A DNA stretch of 45,542 nucleotides from Candidatus Micrarchaeia archaeon (GCA_049966915.1 JBMFTS010000002.1:1-45542); one strand, 5' to 3'. Counted from the first letter of the stretch, positions 29,825-40,093 are shown. Notes: a model not told the origin generated them from the sequence alone. Numbers and translations: made by a program.

Positions 29825-30559
29825 TCATCGTAAGTTGCCAACGCTTCCGAAATCCAGCGTTTCGCCTTCCCCTATGCACAGCGCCTCCAGCGTGTTCACA
29901 TCCACTAGGCTTTTGAAAACTGGCGAAAGCTCAGAAACATCCTCTATGTTCACTTCCACGTTTTCTGCATAGTAGTTCATTGCGGGCAGTATTAATATCT
30001 GCTTTTTGCTTGCAGTTTTTCCGTAAAGAAAGCACCTGAGTTTTTCTTTTGAGCCTATCCTGTTGAACACGGCTACGGCCGGGTGCACGTGCCCCATTAT
30101 CATGAAGCCGCCTGCGTTTGTATGCGGCATTTCCTCGCCATGGAATATCAGGTAGTTGCCAAACAGCGTTTCCTGCCTGTATATCTCAATTCCAAAAGGC
30201 TGTTTGTACTTGTCTATGAAGTTGTCGTGGTTGCCTTTTATAAGAACAAGCCTTTTTAGGCCATTTCTTTTTGCAAATTCCACGAACTCCTTGAACTCGT
30301 TGAATTCTTCAACGTGGACTTTAGAGAACTCGTTTTTTATGTCGCCTGCTACTACCAGCGTGCTTGCCCCTGTCACCTGCTTTGCCTTTTCCAAGTGCTG
30401 CTCTATCTTGCTTAAGTTTGCCTTTGGCAAAAATATGCCTCGCTCGGCCATTACGCCCTCGTAGCCCAAGTGCAAATCGGCGCATATAAGGGCATCTAGC
30501 GACTTTATGTATGCCAGTGGCAGGCCGTCAAGCACCTCGACATCGTTGTTGATTTGCAT
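29825..30559 (-). CDS. Calcineurin-like metallophosphoesterase (archaeal SbcD/Mre11-related, PdeM-like)
   Basis: CADLHLGYE, VVAGDIKNEF, IKGNHD and MGHVHP are the ordered phosphoesterase motifs. About 240 aa. Confidence 0.75.
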   Translation of the reverse strand: MQINNDVEVLDGLPLAYIKSLDALICADLHLGYEGVMAERGIFLPKANLSKIEQHLEKAKQVTGASTLVVAGDIKNEFSKVHVEEFNEFKEFVEFAKRNGLKRLVLIKGNHDNFIDKYKQPFGIEIYRQETLFGNYLIFHGEEMPHTNAGGFMIMGHVHPAVAVFNRIGSKEKLRCFLYGKTASKKQILILPAMNYYAENVEVNIEDVSELSPVFKSLVDVNTLEALCIGEGETLDFGSVGNLR

Positions 30560-30630
30560 GCGCTATTACTCTGCACAGCAAGCTTATAGCGATTTTGCTT
30601 GCTTTTGCTGCAAGCGCGCGCCAGCAAAGC

Positions 30631-33300
30631 TCAGGCGGTTGTTGACGCCTTGGCTTTGCCCTTGAGCGCCGCCTGCGCGGCAACAAGCCTCGCAACCGGT
30701 ACGCGGTAAGGCGAGCAGCTTACGTAGTCGACTTTTGTCGTGTTGAAGAACGTTATCGAATCTGGGTCGCCGCCGTGTTCTCCGCAAACGCCAACTCTCA
30801 GCTTGCTGTTGGCTTCCTTGCCTTCTTCCGAAGCCAGCTTTACAAGCCTGCCTACCCCGTTGACGTCCAGCGTCTCGAATGGATTTGCTGCCAATATCTT
30901 GTTTTCGACGTAGAACGGTATGAACTTCGCTTCGACGTCGTCCCTGCTGAACGCGAAAGTGGCCTGCGTGAGGTCGTTTGTGCCGAACGAGAAGAAATCT
31001 GCTACCTTTGCAAGCTCGGCAGCAGTAAGCGCTGCCCTTGGCGTTTCTATCATGGTGCCTACCTTGTGCTTTATTGCTGCGCCAAGCTTCTTCGCTTCTT
31101 CTTCTGCAACCTGCTCCACTATCTCGCGCGCTTTAGCAAGCTCGCTCGCGCTCGCTACCTGCGATATCATTATTTCGACTTCGCTGTCTATGCCCTCTTC
31201 CTTCTTCAGTTCAGCAGCGGCCTCGAATATGGCTTCGACCTGCATGCGGTATATCTCTGGGTACATGAGCGAAAGCCTTACGCCGCGCTGTCCCATCATC
31301 GGGTTCTGCTCCCTTAGCTCCATGACGCGCTTGAGCACGCGCTCGTACTTTTCCAGCTCTTGCTTGTTGTCGCCCTTTATTCTCAGTTCTGTCACCTTGG
31401 GCAGTAGTTCGTCAAGCTTTGGCAGGAATTCGTGCAGCGGCATGTCGAGTAACCTTATTGTTACCGGCAGGCCCTTCATCGTCTTGAAGATCGCCTTGAA
31501 ATCGCTTTTCTGCATTGGCTTCAGCTTTGCGAGATACTTTGCGCGCTCCTCCGGCGTGTCTGCAAGTATCATGTCCTGCACTGTGGAAAGCCTGTCTGGC
31601 GCGTTGAACATCCTCTCGGTTCTAGCGAGGCCTATGCCTTCTGCGCCGTTTTCGCGCGCCTTTGCGGCCATTTCAGGCGTGTCCGCGTTTGCCCTTACCC
31701 CTAGCCTTCTAAACGAGTCCGCCCACTTGAGAATAGTAGATATGTTGCCGCCTATCTCAGGCTCTATGAGCGGCATTTCGCCGATGAACACAGACCCGGT
31801 TCCGCCGTCTATGGTTATTATGTCGCCTTTCTTTACAGTCTTGTCGCCTACTTGCAACTTGTTTGCACGCACGTCTACCTTTATCGACTCTGCGCCCACT
31901 ATGCAAGGCTTGCCCATGCCTCTTGTTACTACCGCCGCGTGGCTTGTCATGCCGCCCCTGCTTGTAAGAACGCCTTCCGAAGCCGCTATGCCTGCTATGT
32001 CCTCGGGCGTGGTCTCAGGCCTTACCATTATTACCTTTTCCCCTCTTCTTTTTGCTTCAACGGCGTCCTCCACTGTAAACACTACCTTGCCGACAGCGGC
32101 GCCCGGGCTTGCGGGCAGCCCTTTCGCTATGGCTTCTGCCTTTATCTTGGGGTCTATCTGCTTGTAGAGCAGCCTCTGCAGCTGGTCAGGCTCTATCCTG
32201 AGCACGGCGTCTTCCTTGCTTATAAGCTTCTCGTTTACCATGTCAAGTGCTATCTTAAGCGCAGCGTTTGCCGTGCGCTTGCCCGTTCTCGTCTGCAGCA
32301 TGTAGAGCTTTCCGCTTTCAACGGTAAACTCGACATCTTGCATGTCCTTGAAGTAGCTTTCGAGTTTGTTTGCTATTTCTACGAGCGTGTCGTACGCCTT
32401 AGGCAGCTTTTTCTTTAGCTCCTCTACCGACATGGGCGTTCTTATTCCTGCAACAACGTCCTCGCCTTGCGCCTTTGGCAAATACTCTGCGTAGAGCTTT
32501 TTCTCGCCAGTCGACGGATCCCTGGTAAAAGCCACGCCAGTGCCGGAATTGTCGTCCAGATTTCCATATACCATCATTACTATGTTCACGGCAGTGCCCA
32601 GCGTGTCTGGTATTTTGTATATCTTTCTGTATTCTGCAGCGCGCTTGTTCCACCAGGAATTGAATACTGCGCCAACCGCCTGCATGAGCTGCTCGTTAGG
32701 GTCTTGCGCAAGCTCTTTGCCGGTTTCTTTTTTGACAAGCTTCTTGTACTGCTCTACCACTTCCCTCCATCCTGCGGCATCAACATCGAGATCGCTCTTC
32801 GCGTGTTTTTCTTCTTTTACCTTTTCCAGCACGGCGTCGAACTTTGCGCCGTCTATGCCAAGCACTATCTTGCCGAAGAGCTGTATGAATCTCCTGTAAG
32901 TGTCGTAAGCAAACCTTTCATCGCCTATCTTTTTGGCCAGCGCTTCAGCGATTTTGTCGTTTATGCCAAGGTTGAGCACGGTATCCATCATGCCTGGCAT
33001 GGAGAAAGGCGCGCCTGATCTTACCGACACCAGCAACGGGTTGTTTTCGTCGTTGAATCTTTTGCCCACTCTCTTCTGCAGCACATCCATTTTATTGAGG
33101 ATCGCCTGCTTCAGCTCCGGCCATATTTTTTTGCCGTTGTTGAAAAATTCGTTGCACATGTGCGTGGTTATCACTATGCCGTCAGGCACCGGCAAGCCGA
33201 GCTTTGTCATCTCAACTAGACCGTAACCTTTTCCGCCAAGTTCGTACTTGCTCAGATTCAGTTTCGCCGCTTCGTCGAACATGTAAACTTCCGCTGGCAT
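30631..33300 (-). CDS. ppdK: Pyruvate, phosphate dikinase
   Basis: 889 aa. LGGKGYGLVEM ATP-grasp start, phospho-histidine motif GGMTSHAAVVTRG, and C-terminal PEP-utilising domain FFSFGTNDLTQ...VGVCGEHGGDP. Confidence 0.95.
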   Translation of the reverse strand: MPAEVYMFDEAAKLNLSKYELGGKGYGLVEMTKLGLPVPDGIVITTHMCNEFFNNGKKIWPELKQAILNKMDVLQKRVGKRFNDENNPLLVSVRSGAPFSMPGMMDTVLNLGINDKIAEALAKKIGDERFAYDTYRRFIQLFGKIVLGIDGAKFDAVLEKVKEEKHAKSDLDVDAAGWREVVEQYKKLVKKETGKELAQDPNEQLMQAVGAVFNSWWNKRAAEYRKIYKIPDTLGTAVNIVMMVYGNLDDNSGTGVAFTRDPSTGEKKLYAEYLPKAQGEDVVAGIRTPMSVEELKKKLPKAYDTLVEIANKLESYFKDMQDVEFTVESGKLYMLQTRTGKRTANAALKIALDMVNEKLISKEDAVLRIEPDQLQRLLYKQIDPKIKAEAIAKGLPASPGAAVGKVVFTVEDAVEAKRRGEKVIMVRPETTPEDIAGIAASEGVLTSRGGMTSHAAVVTRGMGKPCIVGAESIKVDVRANKLQVGDKTVKKGDIITIDGGTGSVFIGEMPLIEPEIGGNISTILKWADSFRRLGVRANADTPEMAAKARENGAEGIGLARTERMFNAPDRLSTVQDMILADTPEERAKYLAKLKPMQKSDFKAIFKTMKGLPVTIRLLDMPLHEFLPKLDELLPKVTELRIKGDNKQELEKYERVLKRVMELREQNPMMGQRGVRLSLMYPEIYRMQVEAIFEAAAELKKEEGIDSEVEIMISQVASASELAKAREIVEQVAEEEAKKLGAAIKHKVGTMIETPRAALTAAELAKVADFFSFGTNDLTQATFAFSRDDVEAKFIPFYVENKILAANPFETLDVNGVGRLVKLASEEGKEANSKLRVGVCGEHGGDPDSITFFNTTKVDYVSCSPYRVPVARLVAAQAALKGKAKASTTA

Positions 33301-33431
33301 TTTATTACCTCGTTAAGCAAGAAGCAAGAAAGATACGCTGCAAATAATGCACTAACAAGCTTAAAACTCTTTCTTGTGTGTTTGCATTTTGACGCTTGGC
33401 CGGCCGTGTGCGCAATACATTGCAGCAGCGC

Positions 33432-34439
33432 TTATCTGGAATAGGCGTCGGGCCTTGCCTTCTTTATTACGTAATTTTCATATTTTATGGCGTTCTTTGC
33501 CAACTCGTCGAATCTCGCCTTTGCGTCGGCGCGCCTTATCCTTGTTATGTGCTCGCTTTTTTCGTTTATTATGCTAAGCGGCGGTATCTTGAACGCAGAG
33601 CTGTTGTCAAAAATGAAGCGCTCGTGTTGCATTACTGCATCAGCATCTGACATTATGAATAGGCTTACTTCCGTGCCTTTGCTTGTCAGCTCTTTCTTAA
33701 AATCGTTGTAGTTTTTGCCGAAGCCCGAATCCAGCGCTTCGGTGTGCGTGACTATGGAAATGCTTTTTATCGAAGTGTTGCGGCTGACGAGCCTGTAGAG
33801 GTTTTCAAGCGCTTCGGAGTTAAAGTGCTTGTCAACGATGTGGACGTTGCCGTTAAGGCTTGCAAAAACCGCTTCGCGTAGTTTTATGATGTTTGCATAT
33901 GGCAATTCGGGCTCTATCTCTACCGTTCTCGCCTGTTGCGTTTGCCTCTTGTGCTGCATCGTAAGAAAATATGCGTCTGCGCCAATAGCGAGCGCAAGGG
34001 TCGCATATGCAGCAATCTCTATGTTCATGCCCGTGCCGCTGTACGAGAAATACGCAAGCACTGTTACAAAAAGCAGGAGAAAAAGCACCGAAGCAATGAC
34101 GTGCCACGCTGCGTATCTTTTAGAACTGGCGCCTTTGTATGCGCGCGTAATTAGCATTGTAAACGATATTGCAAGCGACGCAAGCGCCACAATCAGGAGA
34201 ACGTACGTTTCCAGCATGGCCCTGTGCAGGTTGGTAAGTTCTTCGACCACTGGGACGAGCACCTGGGTTACGTTTTCGGAATATGCGGCGGCCTGGACTT
34301 TCGCGCCAGCGCCTACTCCGTAGTTTATGGCTATCACGTCTGTAAAATAGTAGGTGTAGAAGACAAGCGCTAGCGATGCAAGCACAAGCACTATCGCCGC
34401 ATACGCTCGCAAGCCGGTGTTCCGCTCTTCGTTTTGCAT
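33432..34439 (-). CDS. Membrane protein (about 5 TM) with a C-terminal soluble domain of unknown function
   Basis: Start taken at Met13 (MQNEERNTG), which avoids overlap with the upstream gene. A hydrophobic N-terminal half is followed by a ~170-aa soluble domain (VHIVDKHF...HERFIFDNSSAF). Confidence 0.6.
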   Translation of the reverse strand: MQNEERNTGLRAYAAIVLVLASLALVFYTYYFTDVIAINYGVGAGAKVQAAAYSENVTQVLVPVVEELTNLHRAMLETYVLLIVALASLAISFTMLITRAYKGASSKRYAAWHVIASVLFLLLFVTVLAYFSYSGTGMNIEIAAYATLALAIGADAYFLTMQHKRQTQQARTVEIEPELPYANIIKLREAVFASLNGNVHIVDKHFNSEALENLYRLVSRNTSIKSISIVTHTEALDSGFGKNYNDFKKELTSKGTEVSLFIMSDADAVMQHERFIFDNSSAFKIPPLSIINEKSEHITRIRRADAKARFDELAKNAIKYENYVIKKARPDAYSR

Positions 34440-34449
34440 ATTTACGCCC

Positions 34450-35529
34450 CTACGCCTTGCCAATTTTCTGCGCATTAGCGCTTGCCGTATTGGTAATATA
34501 CGCGCTAAGCCTTTTTAATGCGCTGTATTTTTCTGTTTTGTCAACGTTTGCCTTGTCTATTATGCGTTCAAGGTCTTCGCTAAGCGAGTCGTAAACGCGC
34601 CTGTTGACAGGAAACGGTATGCCGTCCTTGCCGCCTACGTTATACGCGAAAGCAACAGGATCCCTGTACGCAAGCTCCTTGTCAAATATTAGGCTCGCAA
34701 CGAAAGCCAAGGAGCGTATTGTTGAGCGTCCAATGCCTTTTACAAGAAGAAGCTCTTTGTAGTCTTTCGGATCAGCTTCGTTGGCTTTTCTTATCGCTTC
34801 TACGCCTTTCTTGCTTATGTCCGCGCTCATTATTATTCCGTGCCTGCTTGGATACGACCTTGCCACGCGCTCGTAGTCCTTGCTCGCCTCTACAAGTCCT
34901 TTTCTTGCCCATTCGTTGCTTTGGCAGGTAAGGTCTAGAGTAATCTGCCGCATGTCTGCGCTTATGCCGCTATGCGGCTCGTTGGCCATGTCCTTTTCGT
35001 CGACAAGGTCGCTGAGCCATTGGAATCTTACCGCCTTGCCGGTGTTGTACTGCATCGCCTGCTGCACAACTGCCCATTTACCGCTTTTAGTGAAAAGGAA
35101 ATTGTGATGGTAAATGCCTATGCCTTCGTATGTGAATGCGCTATCTATCTTTGCCGCAAGCCTGCTGAGCTCTACAAGCTTGTCTGCATTAGGAACGGAA
35201 AGCCTGTCTGCGCATGCCATGATGTCATTCGGCGTGTTTGTGCCTGCCTTTCCCTTGCCCCCTGCAATTGCTATTTCCTTGCTTTCGCCAAGCGCCTCCT
35301 TGAGGGCGCCCATTGTAACTGTCGTAGTGCCGCTGCTGTGCCAGTCATAGCCTATGGCGCATGCGAACGCCTGGAACCAGTTGCTGTCGCTCAGCCTTCT
35401 GAGCAGGTCGTCAGGCCCGAACTCGTCCATCACTATTTCTGCTATTTCGCCGCTCAGCTTTACCATTCTGCAGAAGAGCCATTTCGGGGCGCGCCCGCCG
35501 TGAAGAGGAAGCACCGTTACTGTGCGCAT
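34450..35529 (-). CDS. DUF763-family protein
   Basis: N-terminus LPLHGGRAPKWLFCRMVKLSGEI...SNWFQAFACAIGYDWHSSGTTTV resembles conserved archaeal DUF763 proteins, from memory. The function is unknown. Confidence 0.6.
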   Translation of the reverse strand: MRTVTVLPLHGGRAPKWLFCRMVKLSGEIAEIVMDEFGPDDLLRRLSDSNWFQAFACAIGYDWHSSGTTTVTMGALKEALGESKEIAIAGGKGKAGTNTPNDIMACADRLSVPNADKLVELSRLAAKIDSAFTYEGIGIYHHNFLFTKSGKWAVVQQAMQYNTGKAVRFQWLSDLVDEKDMANEPHSGISADMRQITLDLTCQSNEWARKGLVEASKDYERVARSYPSRHGIIMSADISKKGVEAIRKANEADPKDYKELLLVKGIGRSTIRSLAFVASLIFDKELAYRDPVAFAYNVGGKDGIPFPVNRRVYDSLSEDLERIIDKANVDKTEKYSALKRLSAYITNTASANAQKIGKA

Positions 35530-35530
35530 G

Positions 35531-36505
35531 CTATCTTATCAACGACAAATTAGAAATAGGTTGCCACACGTTTGCAAGCTGCGCGCAAGCGCAATTATCG
35601 AACGGCCGCGCTTCGTATCCCATTCCCTTGAGTTTTGCGGCTAGCAGTACTGCTCCTGCGCCCACCGTTAGCACAAGCTTCGGCGATGTTGCTTCTACGT
35701 ACTGCACCGCCTGCCTGAAATCGGCATGATCGCTTAGCGCAAACTGAACGTCAGTATCAAACCTCAACAGCTTTGCCCAACCCGTGGCAACGGCGGTGAA
35801 TTTGCGTCTGCTTTCGCTTGCAAATTTTTTCGTGACTTTGCAGAAATCGGAGCTTGTGAAAATTCCCAAGAAGTTGGAATTTGGCAGTCGGCTGCCATCG
35901 TATTCCGAAAAAACAAGATGCACGCCGTATTTTTCATAAATCCTGCTTATTCTCGCGATTTCTCCGCTTACTACCGGCACTATGCCTATTTCGTTGTATA
36001 TGCGTATTATTTCTTGGGCTCTGCCAAGAGAATAGGCGCGGAATATCACAGACCCTTTTTCAAGCTTCATCCTGGCATAATGCTGCATTGCGATTATGAC
36101 TTCATTTTTGTCTTCGAAATGAAGGTTTGGGTACGGATACGTGGAATCCATTATTGCTATGTCCGCATGCCTTGTTTCTATTTTTTCAGCAAGTAGCGGA
36201 TCATCTGTTTGATAATCCCCTGTGTAAACGACGTCATAACCGCGTTCTGTGTCTTCTGCAAAAAGCTGCTTCGAGCCGAGCACGTGACCTGCATTTAACA
36301 GCTTGACATTGCTTGGCGACGCCGCAAGGCTTATGCCTTTCTTGCCTTTTGCTTCAAGTATGTCCTTTGTTGCCTCGCTTGCCAGCAGCACCGAGTAATT
36401 TCTTACGCCTGCAGTGTGGTCCGAATGCGCGTGCGATACGAAGTGCAAATCCGCATCTTCCCTGGAGTCTATTGATACTGTGCAACTGCCAATGTCTAGC
36501 AGCAT
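35531..36505 (-). CDS. Metallo-beta-lactamase-fold nuclease (reduced beta-CASP, SNM1 / ligase-associated-exonuclease-like)
   Basis: HFVSHAHSDHTAG (HxHxDH), TGDYQ and a C-terminal ALSDHADFRQAVQYV motif. 324 aa. Its stop is 1 nt from the DUF763 gene start. Confidence 0.65.
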   Translation of the reverse strand: MLLDIGSCTVSIDSREDADLHFVSHAHSDHTAGVRNYSVLLASEATKDILEAKGKKGISLAASPSNVKLLNAGHVLGSKQLFAEDTERGYDVVYTGDYQTDDPLLAEKIETRHADIAIMDSTYPYPNLHFEDKNEVIIAMQHYARMKLEKGSVIFRAYSLGRAQEIIRIYNEIGIVPVVSGEIARISRIYEKYGVHLVFSEYDGSRLPNSNFLGIFTSSDFCKVTKKFASESRRKFTAVATGWAKLLRFDTDVQFALSDHADFRQAVQYVEATSPKLVLTVGAGAVLLAAKLKGMGYEARPFDNCACAQLANVWQPISNLSLIR

Positions 36506-36565
36506 CTGGTCGCCAAGTGATTTTGGCTCTAAACGCTTAAATATTAGATGTGCAAAAAATGTATC

Positions 36566-37510
36566 ATGGTGGAAAAAGTAATAATCATAGGATCTGGTCC
36601 GGCAGGATTATCTGCCGCGCTGTATGCCGGCAGGGACGGCTTTAGCCCGTTGGTAATAAGTGGCTATGCCAAAGGCGGGCAGCTCGAGCTTACTACCACC
36701 GTGGAAAATTTTCCAGGCTTTCCTGAAGGCGTGCAAGGGCCCGAGCTCATGGACCTTATGCGCAGGCAGGCAGAAAAATTCGGAGCAAGGTTCATAGACA
36801 AAGACGCAACCGCCGTCGACTTGAAATCCACGCCTTTCAAAGTCGTCGTTGAAAACGACGTTTACGAGGCGGATTCGGTGATAGTCGCAACAGGCGCCAA
36901 TGCCAGGTGGCTCGGCATAGAATCAGAGAAGAAATTCATCGGCAGGGGCGTTAGCAACTGCGCCACATGCGACGCCGCATTCTTCAAGGGCAAGAACGTC
37001 ATAGTAGTTGGTGGTGGCGATACGGCAATGGAAGACTCGCTTTACCTTACCAACTTCGCAGCAAGCGTGACAATCGTGCACAGGCGCGATGCGTTCAGGG
37101 CAAGCAAAATAATGCAGGAAAGGGTAATGTCAAATCCAAAAATAAAAGTGATCTGGAATAGCGTGGTGCAAGAGGTAAAGGGCGACGTTAAAGTAAGGTC
37201 GGTAGTGATTAAAAATACGGTTACAGGCGAAATCGTCGAGATGCCGATAGACGGCATCTTCGTGGCAATAGGCTACGAGCCCAACACCAAGCTTTTCAAG
37301 GACCAATTGCAAATAGACGAGCTTGGCTACATAGTGACGCACGACGAAGTAAAAACTGACATTCCCGGCGTATTCGTGGCAGGCGACGTTGCAGATAGAT
37401 TCTACAAGCAGGCCGCTGTCGCTGCAGGAAGCGGGGTAAAGTGCGCGCTGCAGGTTCGTGCTTACCTGTCGGAGCTTTACTACAACAGGTCAAAGCAGCA
37501 AGTTCAATAG
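36566..37510 (+). CDS. trxB: Thioredoxin-disulfide reductase
   Basis: IIIGSGPAGLSAALYAGR FAD motif, redox-active CATCDAAFF, VVGGGDTAMEDSLYL NADPH motif and VFVAGDVAD. Met7 is the likely start. Confidence 0.92.
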   Translation: MVEKVIIIGSGPAGLSAALYAGRDGFSPLVISGYAKGGQLELTTTVENFPGFPEGVQGPELMDLMRRQAEKFGARFIDKDATAVDLKSTPFKVVVENDVYEADSVIVATGANARWLGIESEKKFIGRGVSNCATCDAAFFKGKNVIVVGGGDTAMEDSLYLTNFAASVTIVHRRDAFRASKIMQERVMSNPKIKVIWNSVVQEVKGDVKVRSVVIKNTVTGEIVEMPIDGIFVAIGYEPNTKLFKDQLQIDELGYIVTHDEVKTDIPGVFVAGDVADRFYKQAAVAAGSGVKCALQVRAYLSELYYNRSKQQVQ

Positions 37511-38601
37511 AAATAGTGGCTGAGCTTTCTCTGACCTTTGTACGGCCTTAGGCCAGACACTCTCACGCCTATCTTCCTTACTGTCATCTCGCCGCTGTAG
37601 CTATCGTTTAGCAACTCAATTGCGAATTTAGCTATGTCCGCTTCGGAATCCGACGCATAGTTGATGGTTTTGCTCTTTATGTGCTCGTCGAAATTGGAAT
37701 AGCGCAGTTTGATGGTTATTGTGGTGAATGCAAGACCCTGCCTTTTTATCTCGCCTGCTATCTCTTTTGCCTGCTCGCGTATTTCGTTTGACAGCGTCTG
37801 CATGTTGTCAGTGTCTTTTTCAAATGTCTTTTCCCTGCCTATCGACTTTACTTCGTAGTTTTCCTGGACTTCGCCATAGTCTATGCCGTTTGCCGAGTTG
37901 TGGAGCTCAGTGCCATACGCCCCGAATTCTTCCACAAGCCGCATTATGCTGGCGTTCGCAAGGTCGCCTACTGTCTTGTAGCCTTCCGCGAGCAATTTCG
38001 CCGCGGTCTTCTTGCCAACGCCGTAAAGCTTTTCTACGGGCATTTCCGCTACGAACGCCTTTGCATCTTCTTCCTTCACTAGTTTTATGCCTTCGGGCTT
38101 GGCTGCTTCGCAGGCCATCTTGGCTATTAGCTTGTTAGGGCCTATGCCTATGGAGCACGGCAGGCCCAGTTTTTCTTTTATCTCGTTTTTTATCTTCTTG
38201 GCTATTTCGAGCGCATCTTCGTAGCTCTGTGCGCTTTTGGATACGTCTGCAAAGGCCTCGTCGATGCTTGCCTGTTCAAATCTGTCTGCATGCGACTTTA
38301 TTATTGCCATGACGTTTTTCGACACGCTTTCGTAGTATGCATCGTCAACAGGCAAAAATACGGCATCGGGCTTTAGCCTGTAAGCCATCGATATGGGCAT
38401 GCCGCTGTGTATGCCGTATTTTCTCGCAGGATAGTTGCATGTGCTTACTACGCCCCTGCCCAGGCCGTTTTTAGGATTTGCCCCAACGACGACGGGCTTG
38501 CCCCTTATCTCTGGCTTGCGCAGCTCTTCGCACGCCGCAAAGAAGTAATCCATATCGACAAGGAGTATGATTCGCATAATCGTTCTTAAATGCTCTGCCA
38601 A
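37504..38601 (-). CDS. dinB: Y-family DNA polymerase IV (Dpo4/Dbh-like)
   Basis: ILLVDMDYFFAACEE, ASIDEAFADV and LYGVGKKTAAKL are canonical Y-family motifs. The start may be Met9 (38577). The 3' end overlaps trxB by 7 nt in convergent orientation. Confidence 0.92.
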   Translation of the reverse strand: MAEHLRTIMRIILLVDMDYFFAACEELRKPEIRGKPVVVGANPKNGLGRGVVSTCNYPARKYGIHSGMPISMAYRLKPDAVFLPVDDAYYESVSKNVMAIIKSHADRFEQASIDEAFADVSKSAQSYEDALEIAKKIKNEIKEKLGLPCSIGIGPNKLIAKMACEAAKPEGIKLVKEEDAKAFVAEMPVEKLYGVGKKTAAKLLAEGYKTVGDLANASIMRLVEEFGAYGTELHNSANGIDYGEVQENYEVKSIGREKTFEKDTDNMQTLSNEIREQAKEIAGEIKRQGLAFTTITIKLRYSNFDEHIKSKTINYASDSEADIAKFAIELLNDSYSGEMTVRKIGVRVSGLRPYKGQRKLSHYFY

Positions 38602-38630
38602 GCAATAAAATACTGCCGCTGATGCGTAGG

Positions 38631-39242
38631 CTAGCGCAGCAGGATTTCTTCTACGTCATCTCCTGGGCTTTTCTCGCGAAACACCTGTGTTGAAAATTTG
38701 TACAGCGCAACGCCGTGCCGCATCCAGGTGTGCGCCGGCAGTCCTGCCTTAAGGCAAACGTTTTCCAAGAACTCCCTCGAGCTCCACTGCCCCTCAACTG
38801 CAACTATCGGCAGGAGAAGGCCGCTGTGGTAGCCGTATTCTATAATCAAGCCGTCTTCTCCGATCTTTATTTGTTTAGGAATCTCTTCGGGTTTGCCTTC
38901 AATCCTTACCGGCTCCGACAGTATGCTCACTTCTATTACTATGCTATCGAGCTCTCTTTTGTCCAACGGATTAAATCGCGGATCCTCGGTTGCGGCCGCT
39001 ATCGCCGCCTGAGGCAGCAATTTTTTCACCTGCTCGAAAGCCCTGGGAAAGCCTATGCAGCCGCGCAGTGCGTGCGTCTGGTGCTCGTAGAGCGTAACAA
39101 AAACTCCGTAACGCTGGTCAAACTGCGCAAGCCTTTTTTCTGCCAATGCAATATCGAATTTTGGCGTTGAAAGAAAGAGCTCTATGATATTGCGCGCCTC
39201 CTTGACCAACCGCTTCCCCTGCTCCAGCGAATATGCCTTCAT
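38631..39242 (-). CDS. AMMECR1-domain protein
   Basis: LRGCIGF and AATEDPRF are hallmark AMMECR1 motifs. About 200 aa. Confidence 0.85.
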   Translation of the reverse strand: MKAYSLEQGKRLVKEARNIIELFLSTPKFDIALAEKRLAQFDQRYGVFVTLYEHQTHALRGCIGFPRAFEQVKKLLPQAAIAAATEDPRFNPLDKRELDSIVIEVSILSEPVRIEGKPEEIPKQIKIGEDGLIIEYGYHSGLLLPIVAVEGQWSSREFLENVCLKAGLPAHTWMRHGVALYKFSTQVFREKSPGDDVEEILLR

Positions 39243-39292
39243 CTGCTCACACGATTATTCAATCAAAACAATCTATAAAGCTTTTTGCAGCT

Positions 39293-40093
39293 TCAGCTCG
39301 TTTCCTGGTTTGCCAGTTCAAGCTTTTTTAGCAGCCGGCCAGAAGCCAATATCGTGCTTATTTCTGGCATGCTTTTCAACAATTTCATTGCCTCTTCCCC
39401 GCTGCCATTTTTGGCTAGGTACTTTGCCAGGTAGTAAAGTGCGTTAAACTCCCGATCAAGTGATTGCTCCAGGTTTTTAAGCGCGTGTTTCGAGTTGGTT
39501 TCAGTTTCGTACACCATGCTGGCATAATTCCACATGCCGCCCTTTTTGTCCGAAAATTCCTGCATTGTCAGCGCTGCATCGGCGTGCCTGTCGAGCAGCA
39601 TCTGCGAAAGGAACTTCAAGTAGAGCAGCGAATCGCCTTTCGGCTCAGGAACGCTGTCTGCGGCGTATATTGCCTTGTACAAATACTCCTTGCCTTTCGC
39701 CGTGAGCCTAAGGCTTTCTTCTCTGCGTTCAGCGTTTCTCTCCATAAATCCGGGCAGCGCATAGTCCACATCAAAATACGCCATGTCAGAAATGCGCAGG
39801 TAGAACCTTCCTGCAACATAAAGCAAATAAGGATTTGTCGATTTGCTTGCAAATTCTTCAACTGCCGCTACTGCATCGTCTGTATTGCCGCTTAGCAGCA
39901 GCGAGTGCGCCTGCTGCATCTGCGCAATAGCTTCGCTATCCGGCGCTGCGATGTTTGTTTGATTGTTTGGAATAAGCTCGCAGAAGTTGCACGCGTTTTG
40001 ATTCTCAAGCAGCAGCGTTTCGGCTCCGCAATACGCGCATGTGCCTTTTTTGATCTTGCCCTTGAGCGATTTCGCAAGTTTCTTGTAGTTCAT
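39293..40093 (-). CDS. Zn-ribbon plus TPR-like helical repeat protein
   Basis: N-terminal CAYCGAE...CNFC, followed by helical repeats rich in A/L/Y (YLLYVAGRFYL, YLYKAIYAA, LYYLAKYLAKNG). The function is unknown. Confidence 0.55.
   Translation of the reverse strand: MNYKKLAKSLKGKIKKGTCAYCGAETLLLENQNACNFCELIPNNQTNIAAPDSEAIAQMQQAHSLLLSGNTDDAVAAVEEFASKSTNPYLLYVAGRFYLRISDMAYFDVDYALPGFMERNAERREESLRLTAKGKEYLYKAIYAADSVPEPKGDSLLYLKFLSQMLLDRHADAALTMQEFSDKKGGMWNYASMVYETETNSKHALKNLEQSLDREFNALYYLAKYLAKNGSGEEAMKLLKSMPEISTILASGRLLKKLELANQETS

Noticed and set aside
30920-32167. 415-aa plus-strand ORF rich in Ser, Ala and Leu.
   Set aside because: It is entirely antisense to the unambiguous pyruvate phosphate dikinase gene. 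This is a classic shadow ORF of a GC-balanced coding region.
33432-34439. A PLD/HKD-type nuclease or phospholipase domain in the C-terminal half of the membrane protein (VHIVDKHF ... HERFIFDNSSAF).
   Set aside because: I could not find an intact HxK-x4-D motif. The resemblance to PLD-like folds is only a vague pattern, so the domain is left as unknown.
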